Made by a program: the position numbers and the translations under genes
In this document: positions 48,469 to 57,979 of the stretch, piece after piece
Layout of the letters: each line of letters opens with the position of its first letter
Numbering within the stretch: the stretch's first letter is position 1
NCBI GenBank assembly: GCA_027491435.1
Contig: JAOZFG010000018.1
Location: 1-63,966, forward strand
Source of the DNA: Thermoproteota archaeon
Lineage (GTDB): Archaea > Korarchaeota > Korarchaeia > Korarchaeales > Korarchaeaceae
Reading direction: 5' to 3'
DNA: 63,966 nucleotides
Notes under the pieces: model-generated
What the model was told of the DNA's origin: nothing
The model's database searches: none
What the model saw: only the letters and a program-made list of their open reading frames with translations

Positions 48469-49956
48469 ATGAAGTTGGAGGAGATATCGCTCAGCCCTGG
48501 TGAGATAAGGCTTCTTAAGCTCTTAATAGATTATGGGGGCACATCCAGGCTCGATGATCTGCCCTTGGACAAGAGCAAGGTTTCGGCTTGGGCTTTCCTC
48601 CTCAGGGACAGGGGAATCGTTGAGGTGAGGGAGGAATCCAGGATCTACTACAAGCTGACTGAGAGAGGTCTGAGACACTTAACCGAAGGCCTGCCGGAGG
48701 AGAAGCTGATCAGAGAGTTAAAGTTAGCAGGTGGGGAGGCCCCTATAAACGTGCTCAGAGAGAAGCTAGGTGAAGAGTTCAACGTTGCAGTAGGGGAAGC
48801 CAAGAGGAAGGACTTAATACAGATAAGCGACGGCAAGGTCAGGCTTCAAGGTGATGATATCCCAGAGAGAAAGGTAATTGAGGCCCTAGGGAAAGAGGGT
48901 AAGTCTCAGCTGGATTGGGTGGATAAAGGCCTCATAGATAGGCTTAAGAGGAGGGGGCTCATTGAAGCGGAGGAGGAAAGGTCGTACGTCGTTATCTTAA
49001 CTGAGCTGGGAAGGAGGATAGCCTCTGGCGAAGTTTCCGTAGTAGAGGAGGTAGGGAAGCTTACGAGGGATCTCATTATCGCTGGAGAATGGAAGAAAAA
49101 GAGGTTGAAGAGGTACGACTTGAAGGCCGAGCCTCCCCTCGTGATAGCTGGGAAGCCCCACCCATATCAAGAGTTCTTAGAGGAGGTAAGGGAGATACTG
49201 ATAGGCATGGGGTTCGTAGAAGTTAAGAGCCCCATAGTGGAAGCCGAGTTCTGGAACTTCGACGTGCTTTTCCAGGCCCAGGATCACCCTGCTAGAGAAG
49301 TTCACGACTCTTATCAGGTGAAAGTTCCGTCAAGACCAGCTGATTTGAGTAAATACGGGCAACTGGTCGAGAAGGTTAGTAAGACCCATGAAAACGGGTG
49401 GATCACGGGATCCAGGGGTTGGGAGTACAAGTGGAGCTTTGACATAGCCAGGAGGCTCATGTTGAGGTCTCAGATGACAGCCGCCTCAGCCAGGACGTTG
49501 GCTTCGGGTCTCCCTGTCCCCTACAAGATATTCGCTATAGACAAGGTGTTCAGGCCCGAAACTCCTGACAAGACCCACGCCATAGAGTTCCATCAATGCG
49601 AAGGCGTAGTCTTAGCAGAGAACATGAGCGTTAGACACTTGATGGGCTTTCTAGCCGAGTTTGCCAAACAGCTGGGCTTTGATCAGGTCAAGTTCAGGCC
49701 CGCTTATTTCCCCTTTACGGAGCCAAGCGTGGAGGCCTACGTCAAGCACCCGGAATTAGGTTGGATAGAAATAGCCGGATCCGGCATGTTCAGACCTGAG
49801 ATGATGATCCCCCTAGGGTACGAGTACCCCAGGGTTCAAGCTCTTGCCTGGGGGATAGGAATAGGCAGGCTGGCCATGATGAGGCTGGGCATAGATGACA
49901 TAAGGGAGCTCCACTCCCAGAACCTGGAGTTCCTGAGAAATTCCAGGGTGAGATGA
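48469..49956 (+). CDS. pheS: Phenylalanine--tRNA ligase alpha subunit
   Basis: FWNFD.LF..QDHPARE.HD, EFHQ.EG, YFPFTEPS, GMFRPE. Confidence 0.97.
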   Translation: MKLEEISLSPGEIRLLKLLIDYGGTSRLDDLPLDKSKVSAWAFLLRDRGIVEVREESRIYYKLTERGLRHLTEGLPEEKLIRELKLAGGEAPINVLREKLGEEFNVAVGEAKRKDLIQISDGKVRLQGDDIPERKVIEALGKEGKSQLDWVDKGLIDRLKRRGLIEAEEERSYVVILTELGRRIASGEVSVVEEVGKLTRDLIIAGEWKKKRLKRYDLKAEPPLVIAGKPHPYQEFLEEVREILIGMGFVEVKSPIVEAEFWNFDVLFQAQDHPAREVHDSYQVKVPSRPADLSKYGQLVEKVSKTHENGWITGSRGWEYKWSFDIARRLMLRSQMTAASARTLASGLPVPYKIFAIDKVFRPETPDKTHAIEFHQCEGVVLAENMSVRHLMGFLAEFAKQLGFDQVKFRPAYFPFTEPSVEAYVKHPELGWIEIAGSGMFRPEMMIPLGYEYPRVQALAWGIGIGRLAMMRLGIDDIRELHSQNLEFLRNSRVR

Positions 49957-51606
49957 ATGCCCGTAGTTACTTTTCCCAAGTCAGAGCTGGAGAGACTCCT
50001 TGGGGTTAAATTGGATGAGGATTACCTGGAGAACCTGCTAGAGGACACAAAGGTGAACTTGGAATCTTTCACTGAGGAAGAGGTGGAGTTCGAAATACCA
50101 GCCGACAGGATGGACTTGATTACGATAGAGGGCTTAGCTAGGATGTTAAAGGGGGTTATGGGCAGGGAGCTGGGTATCCCACATTACAAAGTAGTGAGGA
50201 GGTCTATAGAGACCAAGGTAAGTGAGAGCGTCAAGAAGGTTAGACCCTACGTAGTCGTGGGCTTGGTGAAGCACGTGGACCTCTCAACGGAGGAGAGCCT
50301 TATCTCCCTTATAGAAGCTCAAGAGAAGCTACACGACACCATAGGCAGAAACAGGAGAAGGGTGGCTATAGGCTTGCACGACTTCTCTAAGGTAACCCCC
50401 CCTATAGTGTATGACGCTAGGTCAGCTAGTGAAGTGGTGTTCACTCCCCTGGGGGAACCCTTCGAGATGACTGCCAAGGAGGTGCTGGAGCAGTTAGATA
50501 AGGGCAAGGAGTACGGTCATATAATCCGAAACCCAGAGGGCCTTGTCCCGCTCATACTGGACTCTGAGGACAACGTGTTGAGCATGCCTCCCATTATAAA
50601 CTCTGAGCTGACTAGGCTCACCCCAGGAATTAGGGACGTCCTGATAGACGTCACGGGGACCGACCTTAAGGCAGTGACCCAAGCTCTCAACATAATAGCT
50701 TACTCCTTGGCGGAGAGAGGGGGAGAGATACACACAAGCTCAGTAATCTATCCTGACGGCACAGAGCTAGAGACGCCGACTCCCACTTCAACGGAGGTGA
50801 AGGCAGAAATACCCTTCATAAGAAGCGTAGTAGGCCTTGACATCTCTGAAGAAGAGATTAAAGAGTCCCTCCTCAGGGCTAGGCTGGATGTCAAGTTAAG
50901 CGAGGGGCTGGTGGTCAGGGTTCCGCCGTACAGGAACGACTTCCTGCACCCGGTTGACGTGGCCGAGGAGGTAGCCATAACCTATGGACTAAATAGGCTG
51001 GGATACGAGCTTCCAAACAACGTCATGACCGTTGGAAGGAGACACCCTGTGGAAAAGGCCTCAACAAAGTACAGGGAGCTCATGATAGGCCTTGGGTATC
51101 AAGAGGTCCTTAACTACATAATGACGAGCAAGGAAGCTCTGTTCACCTCCATTGGTAGGCCTGAAAGGCCCGTGGTGGAGGTGGCCAATCCCGTGTCAGA
51201 GAGCTACTCTGTGCTCAGAGATTCCTTGATCCCCGGGTTGCTCCACTTCCTGTCCAAGAATACCCACGTCTCATATCCCCAAAAGATCTTCGAGATAGGG
51301 GACGTAGTCCTGGTGGATGAGAGCTCGGAGACCGGGGCCAGAGATGAGAGAAGGCTCGGGGCAGCTTACTCAGACATATCTGTTGGCTTCGAAGACGTGT
51401 ACTCCCACCTGAAGTTTCTAATGAGCTCTCTGGGGATTGAGATTAAGTTGGAGGAGCATAGCGAGCCTCCTTTACTTGAGGGCAGGTGCGCTAAGGTCCT
51501 AGCTAACGGTGATGAGGTGGGAGTGATCGGTGAAGTTAACCCTGAGGTGCTATTAAGGATCGGGATAACCAACCCGGTAGCCGTGTTTGAGGTGAAGGTT
51601 ATATGA
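49957..51606 (+). CDS. pheT: Phenylalanine--tRNA ligase beta subunit
   Basis: QEKLH...R.R..AIG.HD, LSMPPIINS, D.LH.VD.AEEVAI.YG. Confidence 0.97.
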   Translation: MPVVTFPKSELERLLGVKLDEDYLENLLEDTKVNLESFTEEEVEFEIPADRMDLITIEGLARMLKGVMGRELGIPHYKVVRRSIETKVSESVKKVRPYVVVGLVKHVDLSTEESLISLIEAQEKLHDTIGRNRRRVAIGLHDFSKVTPPIVYDARSASEVVFTPLGEPFEMTAKEVLEQLDKGKEYGHIIRNPEGLVPLILDSEDNVLSMPPIINSELTRLTPGIRDVLIDVTGTDLKAVTQALNIIAYSLAERGGEIHTSSVIYPDGTELETPTPTSTEVKAEIPFIRSVVGLDISEEEIKESLLRARLDVKLSEGLVVRVPPYRNDFLHPVDVAEEVAITYGLNRLGYELPNNVMTVGRRHPVEKASTKYRELMIGLGYQEVLNYIMTSKEALFTSIGRPERPVVEVANPVSESYSVLRDSLIPGLLHFLSKNTHVSYPQKIFEIGDVVLVDESSETGARDERRLGAAYSDISVGFEDVYSHLKFLMSSLGIEIKLEEHSEPPLLEGRCAKVLANGDEVGVIGEVNPEVLLRIGITNPVAVFEVKVI

Positions 51607-52121
51607 GCGTTCCCGCAGAACATAAGAAGCACGCTCCCAAGAAATTGTCCTTTTCAGTGTTTATAGTGAGCACCTCCAGGTCTAAGGGAACCGGCAAGGA
51701 GGACATCACCGGGGAGACGATAGAGGGGAAGTTGAAGGAGGCAGGCCACTCGGTGGTCAGGAGGGAGGTCATACCTGACGACGTGCACGAGATAAGGTCC
51801 GCCTTAATTAGGTCGGCAGGAGACTCTGACGTCATCATATTCTCAGGAGGCACTGGGGTTCACCCTGAGGACGTGACACCTGAAGCCTTACTACCTATGC
51901 TGGACAAGGAAATCCCGGGGTTCGGGGAGCTCTTCAGGTTTTTGAGCTATTCCACGGTGGGCAGCTCAGCTATGGCCAGCAGGGCCTTTGCGGGAGTCTA
52001 CAGGGGAAGGTTAGTGTTCGCGCTACCTGGCTCCCCAGACGCTGCTGAGCTGGCTCTCACCGAATTAATACTGCCTGAAGCCTCTCACCTGGTCTGGCTA
52101 GCGGGCTCTACTCGTAAATAA
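51603..52121 (+). CDS. moaB: Molybdopterin adenylyltransferase MoaB/MogA
   Basis: VSTSR, GGTG...DVTPEA, GFGELFR, LPGSP. Confidence 0.92.
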   Translation: MSVPAEHKKHAPKKLSFSVFIVSTSRSKGTGKEDITGETIEGKLKEAGHSVVRREVIPDDVHEIRSALIRSAGDSDVIIFSGGTGVHPEDVTPEALLPMLDKEIPGFGELFRFLSYSTVGSSAMASRAFAGVYRGRLVFALPGSPDAAELALTELILPEASHLVWLAGSTRK

Positions 52122-54069
52122 CATCTCCCATGTCTTTAGGTACCTCTATCCCCGGTACTCTCGATAACCTTGCTTTGAAGCCCTCGTCCTTAAGAGCTCT
52201 CAGGAACTCCTTTACCCCTCTCTTATCCATGGAGGTCCTTCTTACTATGAAGTCGTAGTTCTCCTTGAACAGGGGTATGAACTCAAGCTCATATAGCTCA
52301 GCAACTGCCCTTATCCCTATTCCGGCGTCAGCCACCCCGTTGGCTATGGCCGCCGCCACGGCGTTATGGGATTTGGCCTCAGTCCAATAACCCCTTATCC
52401 TATCGGGTCTGAAGTTAATCCCCATCTTCTCTGCTTCCTTCTTTAGGAGGAGGTCAATCATTATTCTAGTTCCGGAGCCCCTGTTCCTGTTTATCATAAG
52501 CACGTCCTCTCTGAAGAGGTCAGCCACGGACTTAATGCCCTTGGGGTTCCCTTTGGCCACTATAATGCCTTGCTCCCTAACGTAACCCCTCAAAAGAACG
52601 GCCTTCCCCCTAAGGGAGAACTTGTCCATGAGGCTTGTGTTATACTCCCCAGTCTCAGGGTCTAAGGCGTGCACGCCAGCTACGTCTGCCTCCCTATGTC
52701 TTATCGCCTTGAAGCCGCCCGTCGATCCTACGTAAACCGATTTAACCCTCAAGCCCTTTCTCCTTAACTCAGACAGCAGGAGCTCCAAGCCCAGACAGTG
52801 ACTCCCCATTACCGAGAGGTCCGGGATAACGCCTTTGCCGTACAGATAAGCCAAGACCTTCTCGCCTTCCTCTATAATTTCCTGATCCTCATCCATGACT
52901 ATGTAACCATCGGCTCGTGTTAGAGTGGTTATGGCTTCAGAACCGGTTGGCACAGGGAAGACTAGGTAATCCTCGTCCTTAACCAAGTGTACTGGTAGCA
53001 GGTCCTTTCTACCCTTTTCTCCAAAGATCCTCTCGGCGACAATGGCTTCCACGGTTAAGCCCTCCTCCATAGGCGGGAGCCCGGCCCACTTCCTGATAAG
53101 GGGGGAAACCAGGGTTCTGTAGGCGGTTAGAGAGCTAGTGGGATATCCTGGCAGGCCCAGTATGAGCTTCCCATTAGCCTCAGCTATTATGGTTGGCTTA
53201 CCGGGATGTATGGCTATTCCGTGGACTAAGACGCCCGGGGGGCCTAGCTCATTCATTATTCTGTAGATCACGTCCCCTGCCCCGACGCTCGTGCTTCCGG
53301 ATATGATGATTAGGTCGCCCAGCTTCAGACCTTTTTTTATCGCTTCTCTCATTTTAACCTCGTCGTCAGGCAATATGCCGCCCAGTATAGGCTCTCCTCC
53401 GTCCTCGATAACTGAGGTGGCCAAGGTATATTGGTTCACATCGTATATCTTGCCGAAGCCCAGTTTTTCCCCGGGACTCACGAGCTCGTCTCCCGTGGAG
53501 AATATTACGACCCTGGGCTTGCCCCTGACCCTCACCGACTTAAGTCCTACGGCGGCGAGGGCCCCTATATCCCTCGGCGTTAAGATCGTTCCCGCCGAAA
53601 GAACTAGCTCCCCCCTTCTTATGTCCGATCCTGCCCCGTGAACGTTATCTCCGGGCGCCACAGCCCTGTAAACGAGGATTTTATTGTTCTCCCTAGAAGT
53701 GTGTTCCTCCATAACAACAGCGTTAGCCCCTCTGGGTAAGGGGGCTCCCGTAGCCACCTCTACAGCCTCGCCAGGCCCTACCTCGCCGACGAAAGGGTGA
53801 CCTGCAGCCGCCTTGCCTATGACCTTCAGGACGCTTGGCCTGTCCTCATCTGCCCCGAATGTGTCCTCGGCTCTGACTGCGTAGCCGTCCAGGGAGGCCC
53901 TGTCAAAGGAGGGGACGTCTACCTCCGAGTAAACGTCTTCAACGAGCGTCCTTCCCAAGGCCCTTTCTAAGGGTACCTCCTCAACCTTGTTGAACTCATA
54001 CTTGGACAGTAAGCTTGAAACCTCATCCAGCTTCGCCAACTTCCTGAATACCTTTCTCACCAACTCCAC
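52108..54069 (-). CDS. moeA: Molybdopterin biosynthesis MoeA fused to a periplasmic-binding (LysR substrate-binding-like) domain
   Basis: FDRASLDGYAV, STGDEL, PGKPT, GLPGYP; C-terminal GSHC, NRNRGSGTR, ADAGIGI. Confidence 0.93.
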   Translation of the reverse strand: MELVRKVFRKLAKLDEVSSLLSKYEFNKVEEVPLERALGRTLVEDVYSEVDVPSFDRASLDGYAVRAEDTFGADEDRPSVLKVIGKAAAGHPFVGEVGPGEAVEVATGAPLPRGANAVVMEEHTSRENNKILVYRAVAPGDNVHGAGSDIRRGELVLSAGTILTPRDIGALAAVGLKSVRVRGKPRVVIFSTGDELVSPGEKLGFGKIYDVNQYTLATSVIEDGGEPILGGILPDDEVKMREAIKKGLKLGDLIIISGSTSVGAGDVIYRIMNELGPPGVLVHGIAIHPGKPTIIAEANGKLILGLPGYPTSSLTAYRTLVSPLIRKWAGLPPMEEGLTVEAIVAERIFGEKGRKDLLPVHLVKDEDYLVFPVPTGSEAITTLTRADGYIVMDEDQEIIEEGEKVLAYLYGKGVIPDLSVMGSHCLGLELLLSELRRKGLRVKSVYVGSTGGFKAIRHREADVAGVHALDPETGEYNTSLMDKFSLRGKAVLLRGYVREQGIIVAKGNPKGIKSVADLFREDVLMINRNRGSGTRIMIDLLLKKEAEKMGINFRPDRIRGYWTEAKSHNAVAAAIANGVADAGIGIRAVAELYELEFIPLFKENYDFIVRRTSMDKRGVKEFLRALKDEGFKARLSRVPGIEVPKDMGDVIYE

Positions 54070-55295
54070 CCCCTCAACAACCTGACGTCCACGACCTCAC
54101 CCCTCTCAAAACCCTCTAGGTCCTCTGGAACTACTACAATGCCCTGCGCTTTAACCAATGAACTGACTATCCCCGACCCTGTTATCCTTATGGGCTCCGC
54201 CTCATAAGGCTCGCTAGATCCTCTGAGCCTCACCCTAACGTAATGTCTTATTCCCGGCCGGGAGGGTATGCGCCTGGTTAGCCTGGCTTTAACGGTGCTC
54301 CATAACCTCCTCCCCTTTATCCCAGCAGCCTTGTCTACTATGGGGGTCAAGACCTCCATGGCCACTATAGATGCGGACACTGGATAGCCAGGAAGCCCAA
54401 CGAAGGGCTTGCCTTGAAGGATTCCCAGGAGGGTCGGCTTTCCAGGCATTATCGCTATGCCATGAACTACGACTTCACCTCCCAGATCCTCTAACACCTT
54501 AGGGACTAAGTCCCTCCTGCCCACGCTTGTGCCAGCAGTGGTGACCACTATGTCATACTTCAGGGCGTGCTCTACGGCCTCTTTTATCGAACTCTCATCG
54601 TCCTTGACTATGCCTAGGTAGTGTACATCAGCTACATCCCGTAAAAGGCCCTCTATCATGAACCTGTTGGAGCTGATTACCTTCCCGCCGTTTAGCGGAG
54701 TCCCGGGCTCTACTAGCTCATCTCCAGTGGCGATAATGGCTACGGTAGGCCTTTTCCACACTTTAAGCGTGGTTATGTTCTGGGATGCCACGGCCAACAG
54801 CTCAAAGCCCCCTAAGATCCTGCCCGCCTCCAGGAAAACTTCGCCCTTTCTGAAGTCAGAACCCGGCGGGTCCACGTTAGTCCCAACGGACACCTGCTTG
54901 TAGACCTCAACAACCCCGTCAAGCTCCTTAGAATCCTCAAGGGCCAGGACTGCATCAGCCCCCTCTGGAAGCTGAGCCCCGGTGGCTATCCTTACAGCTT
55001 CCATCTCTCCAACTTTAATTTTTGGTTCATCTCCAGCCTTCACTTCTCCAACGACCTTAAGCACTATCGGCGAGTTTCTGGAGGCGCCGAAGGTGTCTCT
55101 AGCTCTGACGGCGTATCCATCGAACGCCGCCCTAGAAAATGGCGGATCGTCCATAACGGCCGTTAAATTAGTGGCCAGAACCCTGCCCAACGCCTGTTGT
55201 AATGGCACCTCTTCAACGCCAACAGGTTCAACTCTAGGCAAATAGATAGCGAGGGCCTCACTTAAGCGGGTGAGCCTCTTAAATAGCTTTGTCAT
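54057..55295 (-). CDS. moeA: Molybdopterin molybdo/tungsto-transferase MoeA
   Basis: PPFSRAAFDGYAV, ATGDEL, PGKPT, GLPGYPVS. Confidence 0.93.
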   Translation of the reverse strand: MTKLFKRLTRLSEALAIYLPRVEPVGVEEVPLQQALGRVLATNLTAVMDDPPFSRAAFDGYAVRARDTFGASRNSPIVLKVVGEVKAGDEPKIKVGEMEAVRIATGAQLPEGADAVLALEDSKELDGVVEVYKQVSVGTNVDPPGSDFRKGEVFLEAGRILGGFELLAVASQNITTLKVWKRPTVAIIATGDELVEPGTPLNGGKVISSNRFMIEGLLRDVADVHYLGIVKDDESSIKEAVEHALKYDIVVTTAGTSVGRRDLVPKVLEDLGGEVVVHGIAIMPGKPTLLGILQGKPFVGLPGYPVSASIVAMEVLTPIVDKAAGIKGRRLWSTVKARLTRRIPSRPGIRHYVRVRLRGSSEPYEAEPIRITGSGIVSSLVKAQGIVVVPEDLEGFERGEVVDVRLLRGWSW

Positions 55296-55349
55296 ATGAG
55301 AACTGAGAAACCCTATTAATTAATGGCTACCCCTTTCTAGAGATCTAAA

Positions 55350-56162
55350 GTGGCTGGCGACAAGGAGGCTCCTTGGCAGGAGCATCTCGTTGAACTCTTG
55401 GAAAGGCTTAAGAAGATACTAATAGCCCTAACGATCTCCACAGCATTGTCTTTCGTGATACCAGTCCAGATACTCACTGGAGAACCGGGATATACCCCTA
55501 TAGCTTTCTACTTGATGAGGAAGATAAGGGACGACATGATAAACCTGAACAACCCGTTAGTTAAACCGGTCGCTAAGGTCTTGGGGATCAAGAAGTTAGA
55601 GGTCATGCTGATAGCCGTGGGATGGGTGGATTCAATCGAAGTTCTCCTGGAGATTGGCATTCTCTTCGGCCTGGTAGTGTCTGCCCCCTACATAGGTTAT
55701 CACGTGTACAAGTACTTGGAGCCAGCCCTTCTGGAACACGAAAAGAAGTACCTCACTCTGTTTACTCTGCTTTTCCTAACCCTGTTCCTGGCGGGGGTTC
55801 TCTACGCCTACTACATAATACTTCCAATTACTATGGTAGTACTCACCTGGCTCTTCATGTTGGGAGGGGTTAGCCTCACCTTCTCGGTTAAGGAGTTCTT
55901 CTCCTTTGTTATATTTGGGATGCTCACCATAGGCCTGTCTTTCACATTCCCTCTGGTTGTTGCTTTTGCAGCCTACCTAGACTTGATAACGCCGGAAACC
56001 CTGAAGAAGAGCTGGAGGTACGTAACCTTCGTGATATTCGCTGTGACAGCAATTGTGACTCCGGATCCTACGCCAGTGTCAATGTTCTTACTAGCAGCGC
56101 CCTTCTTGGTACTGTACACGTTGGCCTACCTGCTGGCTAAAAAGATGCATAGGATTAGGTAA
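55350..56162 (+). CDS. tatC: Twin-arginine translocase TatC
   Basis: EHLVEL, PAL..HEKK, A.VTPDPTPVSM. Confidence 0.93.
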   Translation: MAGDKEAPWQEHLVELLERLKKILIALTISTALSFVIPVQILTGEPGYTPIAFYLMRKIRDDMINLNNPLVKPVAKVLGIKKLEVMLIAVGWVDSIEVLLEIGILFGLVVSAPYIGYHVYKYLEPALLEHEKKYLTLFTLLFLTLFLAGVLYAYYIILPITMVVLTWLFMLGGVSLTFSVKEFFSFVIFGMLTIGLSFTFPLVVAFAAYLDLITPETLKKSWRYVTFVIFAVTAIVTPDPTPVSMFLLAAPFLVLYTLAYLLAKKMHRIR

Positions 56163-56510
56163 TCACGACTTCTTGGCAATTTTCTCAATCTCCTTCATTA
56201 TCTCCTCATCGCTCTTTCCTTCCACGTCTATGCCTAGCTTCATGGCGAGTTCCCTCAATCTTTTACTCTCCTCCTCATCCTTGTTCCTCTTTTCCTCCTT
56301 AGATTCCTCCATCAAGGAGGAGCTCGCCTTTCTAAACTCTCTGACCGCCTCCCCAGCTGATCTAGCAAGCTCTGGTAACTTCCTGGGGCCGAAGAGCAGT
56401 AACGCAATTAGTATGAGCAAGAGTATTTCTCCCCAACCCACATTGAAGAACTGCATGAGCTTGATGGGAACTTCTATCAACCCAACCACCTCTTCTAAGA
56501 CCCCCTGCAC
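56163..56510 (-). CDS. tatA: Twin-arginine translocase TatA (start may be a few codons downstream)
   Basis: G..EILLLILIALLLFGPRKLPELARSAG. Confidence 0.93.
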   Translation of the reverse strand: MQGVLEEVVGLIEVPIKLMQFFNVGWGEILLLILIALLLFGPRKLPELARSAGEAVREFRKASSSLMEESKEEKRNKDEEESKRLRELAMKLGIDVEGKSDEEIMKEIEKIAKKS

Positions 56511-56610
56511 CCTTATTTACTTATACCCGAGCTGTCCCTACTACCCAGAAAAATGCTTTATACGTCTCGGACTTATCACCTACTAATGATCTAGAATGCC
56601 AAAATTTTCA

Positions 56611-56629
56611 AATTATCTATAGGATAATT
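56611..56629. promoter_or_regulatory. Inverted repeat AATTATC-N5-GATAATT upstream of ferredoxin
   Basis: Perfect 7-bp inverted repeat in the AT-rich divergent region between tatA and fdx. Confidence 0.4.
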
Positions 56630-56724
56630 CACAAATAATTAAAATTAATATCTGTTATAACCGGAGGAAAAGTTAAAAAATATTAGTGCTAGGTAATACG
56701 CGCCCCACTAGGGAGGAGGTGCCT

Positions 56725-56952
56725 ATGCCCAAGTACAAGATAGTCCACGATAGGGATTCCTGTATAGCTGATGGAGTTTGTGCCTCCTTGTGCCCTGACA
56801 ACTGGATTATGGACGAGGACGGGCTGGCTAGCCCGATAAAGACCGAGCTTGACGATTTAGGGTGCAACATGGAGGCCGCTCAGGCCTGTCCCGTCAACAT
56901 AATCCACATCTATGAGATAAAGGATGACGGGACTGAGGTACAGCTGATCTAA
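56725..56952 (+). CDS. fdx: Monocluster ferredoxin with Asp ligand (CxxDxxC...CP)
   Basis: CIADGVCASLCP...AAQACPVNII; strong GGAGGTG SD; U-rich terminator after the stop. Confidence 0.92.
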   Translation: MPKYKIVHDRDSCIADGVCASLCPDNWIMDEDGLASPIKTELDDLGCNMEAAQACPVNIIHIYEIKDDGTEVQLI

Positions 56953-56970
56953 ACCCCTTCTTTTTTTAAG

Positions 56971-57291
56971 GGGGTGGCGAGCCCCACCGGGGTGGGTCGA
57001 GCTACCCGCCCAGCCCTCCAAAGGAGGTCGCTCCCTCCAGCTTTCCCAGCAGCGCCACCGTCCACCTTAGGGCCGCTCCCTTCCGGGCCTAACCCGCTTC
57101 GGTGGCAAAGGGGCTCACCCCATCCCTCCGGATGAGGATGCCCCACCGGCGGCCCACTGGGGCCAGAGGTCATCGGACCCCCTGAGGAGGGGCAGGGCGG
57201 TTCGCTCGACCTCTCCCCGGAGGTTACTGGCCCCGGCATTAGCCTTCCGGTTCAGGGGGCGGCTACTCCCCCGGCCCTACCTCGCCACCCC
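56971..57291 (-). ncRNA. ffs: Archaeal SRP (7S) RNA
   Basis: Terminal helix GGGGTGGCGAG/CTCGCCACCCC; Alu-like 5' TAGGGCCGGGGG...CCCCCTG; helix 8 AGGCCCGGAAGGGAGC; about 320 nt and GC-rich. Confidence 0.92.
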
Positions 57292-57321
57292 TTTGTTAGT
57301 TGCAGTCACCCAAAATAAAGG

Positions 57322-57978
57322 TTACTTGTACCTAAGCACCTTGTTCCCCTTGGCGACGTATATTTCGTCGGCCATCCCTGTGAAAATACCGACATCCACG
57401 ACGCCGTTCATCACCTTTATGGAGGTCTCAACCTCTGAGGGCCTCTCCACCCTTATTGGTAGGTCCACTATGAAGTTACCATTGTCGGTCACGAAGGGCC
57501 TGTCCATTAACTTTCTCAGCTTGGGCTTCACCCCAAACATCCTCTCTAAGGCTGAAATGGTCACCTTGAAACCATAAGGGACTATCTCCACGGGTATCGG
57601 CGTCTTCGTTCCCAGCCTGTCGACGAGCTTGGTGTGGTCGGCAATTATTATGTACCTCTTGGAGCTGTTGGCCAGCACCTTCTCCCTTAGGAGAGCCCCT
57701 CCACCCCCCTTAGTCAGGTTGCCCTTTGGGTCTACCTCATCTGCGCCATCTACAGTTATCTCAACCTCATCCTCTAGTTCCACAACTGTCAATCCGTGAG
57801 CCTTGGCCACCCTCTCTATCTGAGACGAGGTGACCACCACCTTCGGCCTCTTGCCGAGGTTAACCAGTTCTTCCACGAACTTAGCAACTGTGGTGCCTGA
57901 CCCTAGACCTAAGACCTCAACGTCAGGTATCATCTCAGCCACGTGCCTAGCTACAGCCCTCTTCTCTTCCTCAATCAC
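57322..57978 (-). CDS. rpiA: Ribose-5-phosphate isomerase A
   Basis: GLGSGTT, DGADEVD, KGGGGALLREK, TDNGN. Confidence 0.96.
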   Translation of the reverse strand: MIEEEKRAVARHVAEMIPDVEVLGLGSGTTVAKFVEELVNLGKRPKVVVTSSQIERVAKAHGLTVVELEDEVEITVDGADEVDPKGNLTKGGGGALLREKVLANSSKRYIIIADHTKLVDRLGTKTPIPVEIVPYGFKVTISALERMFGVKPKLRKLMDRPFVTDNGNFIVDLPIRVERPSEVETSIKVMNGVVDVGIFTGMADEIYVAKGNKVLRYK

Positions 57979-57979
57979 G

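Noticed and set aside
56949-57239. 96-aa Gly/Pro-rich minus-strand ORF, or RNase P RNA
   Set aside because: The region has SRP RNA hallmarks (helix 8 GGAA motif, terminal helix) and I did not see the RNase P GAGGAAAGUCC motif; the ORF is a shadow
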